NCBI GenBank assembly: GCA_963693055.1
Contig: OY843751.1
Location: forward strand, 2,656,001-2,720,000
DNA length: 64,000 nucleotides
Direction of reading: 5' to 3'
From: a bacterium
Lineage (GTDB): Bacteria; Zhuqueibacterota; Zhuqueibacteria; Residuimicrobiales; Krinioviventaceae
The stretch's first letter is position 1. Each line of letters begins with the position of its first letter. Made by a program: the position numbers and the translations under genes. Positions 39,243-49,275 of this stretch are shown here, one piece after another. The notes beneath the pieces are model-generated. The model made no database searches, had not been told where the DNA came from, and saw nothing but the letters and a program-made list of their open reading frames with translations.

Positions 39243-40352
39243 ATGACAGATCGATCTGTAGCAATCCATAAACAATACAAGATTTTACTAATTCATCAAC
39301 ATCTATCCGGATTTGAAATATTTAAAAAAAATTTTCAAAATCCACGTTTCCATTATGAATCATGTTTAATTTCAAATTTTGATCTTCGAACATTAATATA
39401 CCAGGACTATGATGGTTTTGTTTTTATTAATCATAGTAAAGTAGAGAGTTTGCTTCCCTTTTGTGAACAAGTACGAAACCATCCTCAACTATTATTCCAT
39501 CCTATTATATTTGTCAATAATTGTAATAATCAAAAAGATACAATAGCTGCATTTCATGCAGGTTGTTCAGATGTTGTAACAGTACCATGTAATCCTGACG
39601 AGTTTTTTATTCGTTTTGAAAAACAATTTACAAATTACCAGACGATACTTGAGTTACATGAAATTAATAATACAAAAGACAAGTTTTTATCTATTATATC
39701 TCACGATTTACGTAGCCCTTTTACAATTCTGTTGAATTTTTCTAAAATTTTATATAACAAGTTTGACAGTTTTGATCGTACGCTTCAAAAAGAATACATA
39801 AGCGCAATAAATGATTCCGCTGAACATACCTATACTATACTTGAAAATTTATTGCGATGGTCAAAAGCAAATTCCGGAGAAATAAAATTTTATCCTACTC
39901 GATTAAATCTGACCTCTGTGTTATATGAAAGTATTTTATTGCTTGCTAACGATGCTAATCAGAAAAATTTGAATATTTATTTTAATAATCAAAAAGAACA
40001 TTTAATTACTGCTGATAGAAATATGTTGAGTGTTATTTTTAATAATCTGATCAATAATGCGATCAAATATTCCTATCCAGATGGAAAAATTATTATCAGT
40101 ATAGAAAAAAATGATTCGGATTACCAAATTAAAATTTCAGACAACGGTACAGGTATTGAAAATGAAAGATTGGATCACTTATTCAAGCTTGGTCATTTGA
40201 TCAAAACTCCAGGCACCAAAAATGAACAAGGGGCGGGGTTGGGATTACTCATTATTAAGGAATTTATTGACAAACACCAGGGAAAAATTATCGTTAAAAG
40301 TGTTAAAGATAGTGGATCCACTTTTGTCGTGACACTTCCCAGTGAGGCATAA
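39243..40352 (+). CDS. Histidine kinase with N-terminal pseudo-receiver domain
   Basis: SHDLRSP, NLINNAIKY, DNGTGI, GAGLGL; receiver-like N-terminus lacks the acidic pocket. Confidence 0.88.
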   Translation: MTDRSVAIHKQYKILLIHQHLSGFEIFKKNFQNPRFHYESCLISNFDLRTLIYQDYDGFVFINHSKVESLLPFCEQVRNHPQLLFHPIIFVNNCNNQKDTIAAFHAGCSDVVTVPCNPDEFFIRFEKQFTNYQTILELHEINNTKDKFLSIISHDLRSPFTILLNFSKILYNKFDSFDRTLQKEYISAINDSAEHTYTILENLLRWSKANSGEIKFYPTRLNLTSVLYESILLLANDANQKNLNIYFNNQKEHLITADRNMLSVIFNNLINNAIKYSYPDGKIIISIEKNDSDYQIKISDNGTGIENERLDHLFKLGHLIKTPGTKNEQGAGLGLLIIKEFIDKHQGKIIVKSVKDSGSTFVVTLPSEA

Positions 40353-40496
40353 AGTACACAAAATTATCCATATTTAAGGCAAATTTAAGCATTTTTGCCT
40401 CGAAATTGTTTACTTTATGCAACAATTTTTCCAAACAATCGTTTATGTGTATATTTTTCACCTCATAAAAAACAATGATTTAAACTGTATTTTATT

Positions 40497-40513
40497 TTGG
40501 TATAATGTTTGCT
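40497..40513 (+). promoter_or_regulatory. Candidate sigma-54 promoter (overlaps a TATAAT)
   Basis: TTGGTATAATGTTTGCT, GG-N10-GC spacing. Confidence 0.45.
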
Positions 40514-40567
40514 AAAGTTGTAGTAGATTTGTTTAAGAATCAATTTACAACAAGTGGAACTTTTATT

Positions 40568-41497
40568 ATGGATATGCAAAATAGTTGTTTGAAAATGATG
40601 TATTTCTCATTTGGAAAATCGAGTGTAAGGCAGATTAATTTTGACAGAAAAAAAGTGATTTTTGTATCACTTGTTTTTATTTTGACCTTGACAATATTAA
40701 TCTCTGTTTCACTCAAAATGTTCACTGGTATTTATCAAAACTGGAGAATTTCACATTTGAGAAAAGCCAATAGTGAGCTTGAACATCAGATTTATAATCT
40801 TGAACAAAAGCTGGTACAACTTGATAATAAAGTTGTTTCATTAGAGCGTCAGGATGATGATTTAAGAGTATTTGTAGATATTCCAACAATTAATCCTGAT
40901 ATACGCAGATTGGGTACCGGTGGTCAATCTCCAGCAGTTATTACCGGCTATAGTTCAGTCAACGAGTCTTTACTTGGATTCGCACAAAATGTTGATCAGC
41001 AATTATTCAATTTATCACACCGTCTGGATCTTTTGATTGATAGCAGAGATGAAATAGTAACAAAATATAATAAAAATTCCAGTCAGTTACGCCAAACTCC
41101 TTCAATACATCCTGTACGTAGAGGAAGAATAAGTGATAGCTTTGGTTACAGGATTGATCCATTTACCGGACAACGCAAGCACCACAATGGTGTAGATATT
41201 TCAGCTCCCCGTGGTACAGATATTTATTCTACGGCGGATGGAATTGTTATAGAAGCTGTTAGTAAATATACTCCCAATCAATTACGCGGCAAGTATGTTA
41301 TTATCGATCATGGTTTTGGCTTTAAAACAAAATACGCGCATCTTTCCAAAGTACTGGTTAAACCCGGCCAAAAAATTGCAAGATATACTGTAATTGGTAA
41401 AGTTGGTGATACAGGACGAGCTACGGGGCCGCATCTTCATTATGAAGTTATAAAAGAAGATAGACAAGTGAATCCTATATACTATTTTATGGATTAA
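40568..41497 (+). CDS. M23 family peptidase with TM anchor and coiled coil (start uncertain)
   Basis: FGYRIDPFTG, HNGVD, YAHL, TGPHLHYEV. Confidence 0.92.
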   Translation: MDMQNSCLKMMYFSFGKSSVRQINFDRKKVIFVSLVFILTLTILISVSLKMFTGIYQNWRISHLRKANSELEHQIYNLEQKLVQLDNKVVSLERQDDDLRVFVDIPTINPDIRRLGTGGQSPAVITGYSSVNESLLGFAQNVDQQLFNLSHRLDLLIDSRDEIVTKYNKNSSQLRQTPSIHPVRRGRISDSFGYRIDPFTGQRKHHNGVDISAPRGTDIYSTADGIVIEAVSKYTPNQLRGKYVIIDHGFGFKTKYAHLSKVLVKPGQKIARYTVIGKVGDTGRATGPHLHYEVIKEDRQVNPIYYFMD

Positions 41498-41593
41498 ATT
41501 TGTAATGTTGAACTAATTTTTTATTTGTTTTCTTTTTAATACAAATTTATTATATTTTTGATAAATACTACTCTTACAAAAATATGATAGACT

Positions 41594-43813
41594 ATGCGTT
41601 CATTAACAAGATTTATCCTGACAATCCTTTGTTTTTCTGCAATTTCTTCTGCACAAATTAATCCCGTTCAACTTGAACCGGCATTGATTTTCAACTCTGA
41701 TCGTTCTACGTATTTTAGCAGAACGATCTATTCTTTAGGTTCCCAGTTTTCATCTACAGATTCAATTTTTGCTTTGCAAAAAATTCAAAAATTTAATATA
41801 ACAAAAGTTGATTCCATAAATTCTCATGAATTACAGATTGATTTTGTTATAGAACCAGGATTTACTGAATTCGGCAGACATAAATTTGTAGTGTTGGATT
41901 CTTTGCAAAAGAAAAAACTGGATTTTACTCTGGATGTAAGGTATGCAAATTCCCCATTTGTCGAATCAATTTTGATCCGTCAGAATAAAAAAGTAATGAA
42001 CGACACTATACGTTTGTCAGATACAGACTATACGTTAGCAACGTTGACAATAAGAGGGACAGGTTTATTTGACAATACTATGATAGAGTTTGATGACCCT
42101 GCAATTCAGGTTTCAAATACACCGGGGTGGAGGAGAAGTATTGCCCCGAATTTATTACAAGTTGGACTGGAGATAAAAACCAGTAATATTAATGTTGGCT
42201 ATAAACAATTTAGAATAAAAAATGATTTTGCCATGGAAGGTTTTGGCAAGATTTTTATCAAAAGTAACAGATCGCCAATAATATATGGATCGGTTCCTGA
42301 TATCATTGCAGATGGTCAGGACCATCGTATACAAATACGTGGTGATTATTTTCAATCGGGACTAACAGCATTATTACTGCCTCAAGATGGTATAGCAAGA
42401 GTACAAAATCGTTCAACCAATGAAGTTGATCTATTGGTAAACATTCCTGTATTGGAAAATACAAAAAGTTATAAACTCGTTATTCAAAATCCTGATGGAT
42501 TATCTGATACTACCGGATATTTTACTGCAAAAACACCTCCCTTAAATAAAGCATACGCACGGTCATTGAATGATCAACCCGTATTTTTAGATAAAGAAAC
42601 CCGCATTGTTTTTACAGTTCAAACCTATGCAAACAAGCGGTTAAACAAACAAACTGCTTATGAAATTAATATTGATGGTGAAAAATTTACGGTTAATTCA
42701 GTAATAAATGACAGCACTTGTGAAGCTGTAATTAAATTATCTCAAAAATCACCTTACACTTTATTAAATCAGCATGTATTTACTATTAGTCCGGTGAATG
42801 CTGCTCCCAGGTGGAAAGGCTTGTTATTTAGCAAACCTGCTCCTGAACTCACCTACATGTCACCAGAAAATGTATTGCATCCTCAGGATACATTGAGTTT
42901 TGTGTTCAAAGGTAAAAATCTGGATGACATAATTATGTTTATAACTGACCCAGAGATCACATTTAAAATTCAGGAAAACAGGGGAGACCTGATTCGCGTA
43001 ACAGCAATAGCCGGGCGTCATTTAAAAAATGGTACATATCCTGTAAAAATTCGGAAAAATGATGTAACTTTTGAGTTCCCAGAGCATCAAATTAATATAC
43101 AACAGTGGCAACCATTTACTGAATATGCTTCAATCTATACAACTAGTTTAAATAGTCTGCCGCCCGATTCTTTATGGAAAGAAAAACAAAAAGCCCGGAT
43201 CATTGAAAAAACTGACAAATTACGCATGGATTTTTATTTGCAAAACTTGTCAAAAGATGCTGGCACCCAAAAAGTGTTTATTAACGCTGTATTGATCGAT
43301 TCTTCAAATGCTGTTCGAGCAGAAACACGCTTTTATAAAGCGTTGACCTATGAAAATAAAACTTTTTCCTGGAATTGGCGTTTACATGAAAAAATTAAAT
43401 CTGGTGATCGTATAGAGATCTCTATCAATAATACTGGTGGGCAAAACAAAAAGACAGAAGTGTTTTTTGTAAAACCTCACTGGTCAGAATCTTTTAAAGG
43501 ATCAACCTCATTTATAATTTTCAAGGCACCAATGAATGGAGGAAATGCTACAGCTGAAATTTTAAGAACCGTAGCAATTGGTCTTTCATATCAACCCTTT
43601 GAAAATAAAGACTTTTTGGAATTTGATTCTTCTGTATTGATTGGTAATGCAACATCAAGCGACAGTGATCTTGATGTTGATTTGGGTCTGGGTTTAAGTG
43701 TGATCTTGTGGAATCATATCCAAATTGGTATGGGTTCAAACCTGACCAATGGACCTTTTTCAGAAATGTTTGCTTTTATGGGTACACGTATAAAGATACC
43801 TGTTCCCTGGTAA
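41594..43813 (+). CDS. Large secreted beta-rich protein, IPT/TIG-like domains
   Basis: Signal peptide; repeated P..(S/P)....I.G..(F/L) modules; amphipathic C-terminal strands ending in W. Confidence 0.65.
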   Translation: MRSLTRFILTILCFSAISSAQINPVQLEPALIFNSDRSTYFSRTIYSLGSQFSSTDSIFALQKIQKFNITKVDSINSHELQIDFVIEPGFTEFGRHKFVVLDSLQKKKLDFTLDVRYANSPFVESILIRQNKKVMNDTIRLSDTDYTLATLTIRGTGLFDNTMIEFDDPAIQVSNTPGWRRSIAPNLLQVGLEIKTSNINVGYKQFRIKNDFAMEGFGKIFIKSNRSPIIYGSVPDIIADGQDHRIQIRGDYFQSGLTALLLPQDGIARVQNRSTNEVDLLVNIPVLENTKSYKLVIQNPDGLSDTTGYFTAKTPPLNKAYARSLNDQPVFLDKETRIVFTVQTYANKRLNKQTAYEINIDGEKFTVNSVINDSTCEAVIKLSQKSPYTLLNQHVFTISPVNAAPRWKGLLFSKPAPELTYMSPENVLHPQDTLSFVFKGKNLDDIIMFITDPEITFKIQENRGDLIRVTAIAGRHLKNGTYPVKIRKNDVTFEFPEHQINIQQWQPFTEYASIYTTSLNSLPPDSLWKEKQKARIIEKTDKLRMDFYLQNLSKDAGTQKVFINAVLIDSSNAVRAETRFYKALTYENKTFSWNWRLHEKIKSGDRIEISINNTGGQNKKTEVFFVKPHWSESFKGSTSFIIFKAPMNGGNATAEILRTVAIGLSYQPFENKDFLEFDSSVLIGNATSSDSDLDVDLGLGLSVILWNHIQIGMGSNLTNGPFSEMFAFMGTRIKIPVPW

Positions 43814-43833
43814 TTGTTAATGGAGATTTTAGT

Positions 43834-44073
43834 ATGAATTGTGATGATATTTTAAATCGAATATGTGACGACTTGTCTGAAGATATCAATTCTCAGGTTT
43901 GCAAGGATATTAAAAATCATTTAGAATCTTGTGAAAATTGTAATGCACAAATTAATTCTATGAAAAATGCTGTAAATTTATATAAATGCCTTGAGGAAAA
44001 AGAGGTACCGACTGTTGTTCATGAACGTTTGTTAAAAATGTTAAATTTAGAGAATTTACCACCCGCTAAATAA
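43834..44073 (+). CDS. Zinc-finger anti-sigma domain protein (zf-HC2)
   Basis: MNC...HLESCENC (HxxxCxxC); GGAG RBS before ATG 43834. Confidence 0.82.
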   Translation: MNCDDILNRICDDLSEDINSQVCKDIKNHLESCENCNAQINSMKNAVNLYKCLEEKEVPTVVHERLLKMLNLENLPPAK

Positions 44074-44074
44074 C

Positions 44075-45019
44075 CTAAATATTTAGCAAGATTGTTATTG
44101 TTGCAAAAAGTAATAATAATATAATAATTGCAAATCCTCTACCACTGAACAATCCTTTAATTATTCTATTTCTGGCATTGTTAACTGCTTTTCGCAGCGG
44201 CAACCAGAAATTTCTATCCATATACAAGAAGAATGATTTAATAAATACCTGTCCTGTATACATGAATTGTTGTAAAAAATGCTGTTGCGTATCTGCTCTT
44301 TTTTCCTGATGTTGATTAATCTCAACTGGCAATACCTTTTGCTCTTCAACTTTTAACTGTAGATCAAGATGATCCGGATCTAGTCTGTAATATGGAATAT
44401 ACATTTTTTTAGTTGTTTTGCCTTTTTCATAAACAGAACCTGGTTTTATTCCTTTATGAAATTTACCTTTCGCGTAAATTAATGAAATTATATCATTTAA
44501 ATAGGCTGTCATAACAGGATTATTTTTATCAACTAGTTCATTGATAAATTGTTGTTGTTGATCAAGTTGATCTATTGATATACTTTTTTCTTTACTGAAT
44601 GTATCAAATAGTCTTACTAGTTTGTTAATAGCTTTAAATAATTGATCGTCAAAATCAGTAAACGAGCCATCTTGTAATACAAAGGGGACCGACTCGAGTT
44701 CAATGTTGAAATTATAGTTTACAGAATTAGTATTTTCGGTATTAAACACTTGAGAGTTGATAATGAATGATAATTTTAAACCAATATTTTGATCAAATGT
44801 GTTTATATTTAAACTTGTGTTTAAAAATCGTATGCTTTTATTTGCCAGATCGCTATTTGTTGAATTGATATGCTGCTGAATTTTGGATGATAGCATATAA
44901 TCCTGTTTGAAATCAATTTTTATATTTTTATTGGGAAAATCATCCAGTGGTTTTTTATGTTTTCCTATGGATTTTAATTGTTCGTATTGTTCAATTTTGA
45001 ATCGATTAACCTTGGTCAT
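44075..45019 (-). CDS. Hypothetical protein with C-terminal TM anchor
   Basis: Long ORF; ATG 45019 after AGGA; hydrophobic C-terminus. Confidence 0.6.
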   Translation of the reverse strand: MTKVNRFKIEQYEQLKSIGKHKKPLDDFPNKNIKIDFKQDYMLSSKIQQHINSTNSDLANKSIRFLNTSLNINTFDQNIGLKLSFIINSQVFNTENTNSVNYNFNIELESVPFVLQDGSFTDFDDQLFKAINKLVRLFDTFSKEKSISIDQLDQQQQFINELVDKNNPVMTAYLNDIISLIYAKGKFHKGIKPGSVYEKGKTTKKMYIPYYRLDPDHLDLQLKVEEQKVLPVEINQHQEKRADTQQHFLQQFMYTGQVFIKSFFLYMDRNFWLPLRKAVNNARNRIIKGLFSGRGFAIIILLLLFATITILLNI

Positions 45020-45157
45020 AGAGTTTCCTGTTAAAAAATTATAAAAAGAAGTAAAATATAGATCATTTATCATTGCAAATTTCATCCCAAATACGTATAA
45101 TTCTAAATAAAAAAACATGTATTTTCAATTCCAATTATGTTACATTTGGGTGATGAA

Positions 45158-46327
45158 ATGTCTGAAAATGAAATCAAGATTGTAGAATTTTCCAATCAAA
45201 CCAAAAATGATAGACAATTATTAAAGCAATTTGTTAATTTCCATTGGTCTCATTACGAAAATGATCCTCAATATGTACCATTATTGGATTATGAATATTT
45301 GGGCTTTCGGTTAATTGGCATGACAGGTTTTTTTGAACCTGGCAATTTATTTTTCAAGCATGCGGAAATGCGTTTTTTCCTGGCTCAAAGAAATGGCGAA
45401 TGTGTTGGTCGTTGTAACGCTTTTGTTAATCACAGTTATAATGAACATTGGAATGAAAAGACAGGTTTTTGGGGACAATTTGAATCAATAGATGATCTTG
45501 ATGTTGCACGTGCTTTAACCGATGCTGCTGCAAGCTGGCTTGCACAGCAGGGTATGGATATGATGCGGGGACCTCAAAATTTACCCGTTAATGAAGCAAC
45601 ACCCGGCTTGTTAACTGAAGGCTTTGAAACACGTCCTGTCATTTATTATCAGTACAATAAACCCTATTATCAAAATCTAATCGAGCAGCTTGATTTTGAA
45701 CCAGCAAAGAAATTTTTATCATGGGAAGCACCTGTAACTCAAGGAGAAAAGCCCAAGCTTGAACGAGTCACTGAAAAGATAATGAAACGTTTTGATATTA
45801 AAGTTGAAACCTGGGATGAACGTCCATTTAAAACCCGACATCAAGAGATGTTTGATATTTATAATGACGCCTGGAGTGATAATTATAATTTTGTACCCTT
45901 TACGCAGGAAGAGTTTTTTTCCATAGTTAGTGATATGATGTTAGTAATGGATAAGAAACTATTTTTGTTTATTTATGTAAATAATGAACCCGCAGCGTTT
46001 TTTGGTGGGGTACCCAATATAAATGAGGTTATAAAACCCATACCCGGAATCAAAAGATGGGAATTGATTCGGGCAGTTAAAATGTTATTAACCAAACATA
46101 GAGTTAAAGGATTCAGGTTAGGGTATTTAGGAGTAAAGAAGAAATTCAGAAGAATGGGACTTGATGGTTTAATGTTGTGGAAGCAACATGCATATTCTAA
46201 ACAAGCTGGTTACGAGTATTCTGATTTAGGTTGGGTTTTAGAAGATAATGTAATGGTACATCGACTGATTGATCTTATAATTGCAAAACCATCAAAGGTT
46301 TATACAATTTATGAAAAGCAAATTTGA
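45158..46327 (+). CDS. GNAT-fold protein (YghO-like)
   Basis: Y.NDPQYVP.L, GFWGQFE, RGP, YNKPYY, LGV...FR.MG, WVLEDN. Confidence 0.8.
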   Translation: MSENEIKIVEFSNQTKNDRQLLKQFVNFHWSHYENDPQYVPLLDYEYLGFRLIGMTGFFEPGNLFFKHAEMRFFLAQRNGECVGRCNAFVNHSYNEHWNEKTGFWGQFESIDDLDVARALTDAAASWLAQQGMDMMRGPQNLPVNEATPGLLTEGFETRPVIYYQYNKPYYQNLIEQLDFEPAKKFLSWEAPVTQGEKPKLERVTEKIMKRFDIKVETWDERPFKTRHQEMFDIYNDAWSDNYNFVPFTQEEFFSIVSDMMLVMDKKLFLFIYVNNEPAAFFGGVPNINEVIKPIPGIKRWELIRAVKMLLTKHRVKGFRLGYLGVKKKFRRMGLDGLMLWKQHAYSKQAGYEYSDLGWVLEDNVMVHRLIDLIIAKPSKVYTIYEKQI

Positions 46328-46346
46328 AAATATTTAAGGAGTTGAT

Positions 46347-47303
46347 ATGTCTCTAGTGAATCGTCGTGATTTTATTAAAAAAAGTAGTATTGTTGCTAGC
46401 ACAACAGCAATGGGAGGATTAATTCAGGCTTGTTCTAAATCTGAAAAACCTGTTGTTGAAAGCTGGAACGGATTTAAACATGCTATGTGTAATGAAAGTA
46501 TGCAGGATTTGAGCTGGTCAGAACAGTGCAGCATTGTTGCAAATGCTGGTTACCAGGGAATAGAAGTTGCTCCCTTTACATTGGTTCAAAATGGTGTAGG
46601 TGATATTGACGCAAACGGTCGCAAAGAAATGAAAAAAGTTATGAATGATTTGGGACTTGAATGCGCAGGTTTACATTGGCTATTGGCCCCACCTCCCAAA
46701 GGATTGCATTTTACAACTCCGGATGCTAAACTCCGAGCCAAAACAGTAGATTATTTGAATCAGTTGATTGATTTTTGTGGTGATTTGGGTGGAACAGTCA
46801 TGATCTTTGGTTCTCCTAAACAAAGAAATACTCTGGGAATTTCAATTGATGAAGCTAAAAAATATTTTACTGAAAATTTGGCATCCGTTGCAGATCATGC
46901 ACAATCACGCGATGTGAAAATTTTAATAGAACCTCTTGATACCAGTCAAACAGATGTTATTAATGTTACTGCTGAAGCTGTTGAAATTATTAATAAAATT
47001 AATCATCCTGCAATCCAAACCATGTTTGATTTCCATAATACACCAAATGAAACAGAACCGTTTGATGTAATTGTTGATAAAAATTATCAATACATTAAAC
47101 ATGTTCACGTTCAGGAAATGGATGGTAAATATCTGGGCACTGGTGATGCAGTCGATTCTTTTGTAAAAGCCTTTCAGGTATTGAAAGATAAAAATTATGA
47201 CAAATGGGTGTCATTGGAAGTTTTTGATTTTACTCCAGGCGGAAAAACCATTGCCGAAAGCTCTATCAAGGTTTTGAAAGAAATCGAATCGAAACTTGTA
47301 TAA
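46347..47303 (+). CDS. Sugar phosphate isomerase/epimerase (ketose 3-epimerase-like TIM barrel) with Tat-like leader
   Basis: RRDFIK, IQAC; GSPKQR, IEPL, FDFHN, HVHVQE, SLEVFD. Confidence 0.88.
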   Translation: MSLVNRRDFIKKSSIVASTTAMGGLIQACSKSEKPVVESWNGFKHAMCNESMQDLSWSEQCSIVANAGYQGIEVAPFTLVQNGVGDIDANGRKEMKKVMNDLGLECAGLHWLLAPPPKGLHFTTPDAKLRAKTVDYLNQLIDFCGDLGGTVMIFGSPKQRNTLGISIDEAKKYFTENLASVADHAQSRDVKILIEPLDTSQTDVINVTAEAVEIINKINHPAIQTMFDFHNTPNETEPFDVIVDKNYQYIKHVHVQEMDGKYLGTGDAVDSFVKAFQVLKDKNYDKWVSLEVFDFTPGGKTIAESSIKVLKEIESKLV

Positions 47304-47310
47304 TTTTTCT

Positions 47311-47336
47311 AGGTGTTGATATCATCAACACCTTTT
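47311..47336 (+). terminator. Intrinsic terminator
   Basis: AGGTGTTGAT-ATC-ATCAACACCT-TTT. Confidence 0.7.
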
Positions 47337-47409
47337 AAAATTTAAAAAAAATGTTGCATAATTCATAAAAAATGATTTATTCATTCATGTTTTCACTACA
47401 TGAATTTAT

Positions 47410-49179
47410 TTGAAAGGAAATAAGCAGGTTTTGTTAACTAAACTTATCCATAATGGAATTATTGTTCCGGATCCCCCAAAATATCATGGTGTTACCTTAA
47501 AAGTCAAAGATCAACAAATTAAACTTTCCCCCAAACAGGAAGAAATGGCGTATGCCTGGGCAAAAAAGCAAGGAACACCTTATGTAGAAGATCTTGTTTT
47601 TGTTAAAAATTTTCTCAAAGATTTTAGTCTTGCCCTTGGATTTAAAAAAGCACTAAAACTCGATGAAATTGATTTTACACCTGTTAATAAAATTGTTGAA
47701 AAAGAGCGTATAGCTCGTGAGGCCATGAGCAAGGAAGATAAAAAACTGCTTGCAGCAAAACGTAAAGAGATTCGTGAAGAGTTGAAAGAGAAATATGGTT
47801 TTGCTTCAACTGGTGATGAGAGAATAGAACTTGCGAATTATTTAACAGAGCCCAGTGGAATTTTTATGGGTAGGGGTAAGCATCCATTACGTGGAAGATG
47901 GAAAGAAGGTGCCGCTCAAAAAGATGTAACTTTAAATCTGAGTCCAGATGCCCCCGTTCCACCCGGAGATTGGAAGGAAATTGTTTGGCAGCCTGATTCT
48001 TTATGGGTAGCACGATGGGATGACAAGCTGTCAGGAAAACTTAAATACATCTGGCTTCACGATACTGCTCCTATCAAACAGGCTCGTGAAGCAAAGAAAT
48101 TTGATAAAGCTCTTGAATTAAATTCACGCATTGAACAAGTTAGAAAATCTCTGGAAAAAGATTTACAAAGCGATGAATTCAAGGTCCGTAAAGTTGCAAC
48201 CGCATGTTTTCTGATCGATGCATTATGTCTTCGTGTTGGTGATGAAAAAGATCCTGAAGAAGCCGATACCGTAGGTGCTACAACTTTACGCCCTGAACAT
48301 ATTAAATTCCTCAAAGATGGTCGCGTAGAGTTTCGTTTTTTGGGTAAAGACTCTGTATTATGGGATAAAAAGATAGAGCTACCGGATTTTGTTAAAGATA
48401 ATTTGAAAGAATTGTCTGAAAAAGCCAGACCCTCGACAAATAGTTTTGGTAAAGTCAAGCATGAAGCATATAATAAACCGCAATTGTTTCCAGATATTAC
48501 CAGCCGTAATGTTAATGCTTATTTATCAAATCATATGAAAGGTTTGACTGCCAAGGTTTTTCGTACACACCATGCTACCAATGTTGTTAAAACTTCATTA
48601 AATAATTCTAATGTTGTGAAAACTGATCCTGAATATGTTAAATGGGAAGCAACAGTTAACGCAAACCTTGAAGCTGCAATTTTATGTAATCATACAAAGC
48701 AGCCACCCAAAAATTGGGCAGAGCGCAAAGTTAAATTTAGAGAACGTGAAAAGAGTGCCAAGGAAAGAATTGAAAATATAAAAGCTTTGATCAAAACTTT
48801 AAAGCAAGAAATTAAAGATCTTAAAGTAGAATATAAAGAAAAGAAAGAAGCTGCCCCTAATAAAGCTCAGCGAAAAAAAGTTAAAGAACGTTACGATAAA
48901 AAAATTCAGGCTAAAAAGAACAGGCTGGAAACTACCATACAAAGAGAAGAGAAAGCACAAATATCAATAGGAAAACTACGTGCACAAAAAGCCATAGCTT
49001 CTCAAAACAGAACATGGAACCTGGGTACTAGCCAAAAATCATATATTGATCCTAGAGTATTTCACGAATGGGGAAAATCTGTTGATTATGATGTTATAGG
49101 AAAATACTATTCAGCAACACTACAACGCAAGTTTATGTGGGTTAAAGAGCAGGATAACGATGAAAATGAAACTGCTTGA
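47410..49179 (+). CDS. DNA topoisomerase IB, eukaryotic/archaeal long form
   Basis: HNG, EPSGIFMGRGKHP, LRVGDEK, ADTVG, FLGKDS, LTAKVFRT, AILCNH, coiled-coil linker, LGTSQKSYIDPR. Confidence 0.95.
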   Translation: MKGNKQVLLTKLIHNGIIVPDPPKYHGVTLKVKDQQIKLSPKQEEMAYAWAKKQGTPYVEDLVFVKNFLKDFSLALGFKKALKLDEIDFTPVNKIVEKERIAREAMSKEDKKLLAAKRKEIREELKEKYGFASTGDERIELANYLTEPSGIFMGRGKHPLRGRWKEGAAQKDVTLNLSPDAPVPPGDWKEIVWQPDSLWVARWDDKLSGKLKYIWLHDTAPIKQAREAKKFDKALELNSRIEQVRKSLEKDLQSDEFKVRKVATACFLIDALCLRVGDEKDPEEADTVGATTLRPEHIKFLKDGRVEFRFLGKDSVLWDKKIELPDFVKDNLKELSEKARPSTNSFGKVKHEAYNKPQLFPDITSRNVNAYLSNHMKGLTAKVFRTHHATNVVKTSLNNSNVVKTDPEYVKWEATVNANLEAAILCNHTKQPPKNWAERKVKFREREKSAKERIENIKALIKTLKQEIKDLKVEYKEKKEAAPNKAQRKKVKERYDKKIQAKKNRLETTIQREEKAQISIGKLRAQKAIASQNRTWNLGTSQKSYIDPRVFHEWGKSVDYDVIGKYYSATLQRKFMWVKEQDNDENETA

Positions 49180-49275
49180 TTAATTAATTATTTTATTGTA
49201 ATTTTTTATAACATTAATTTATCCAATTTGGCTTTGTGGAGCAATTAATACTCATCAATTTATTATAATTTATGG

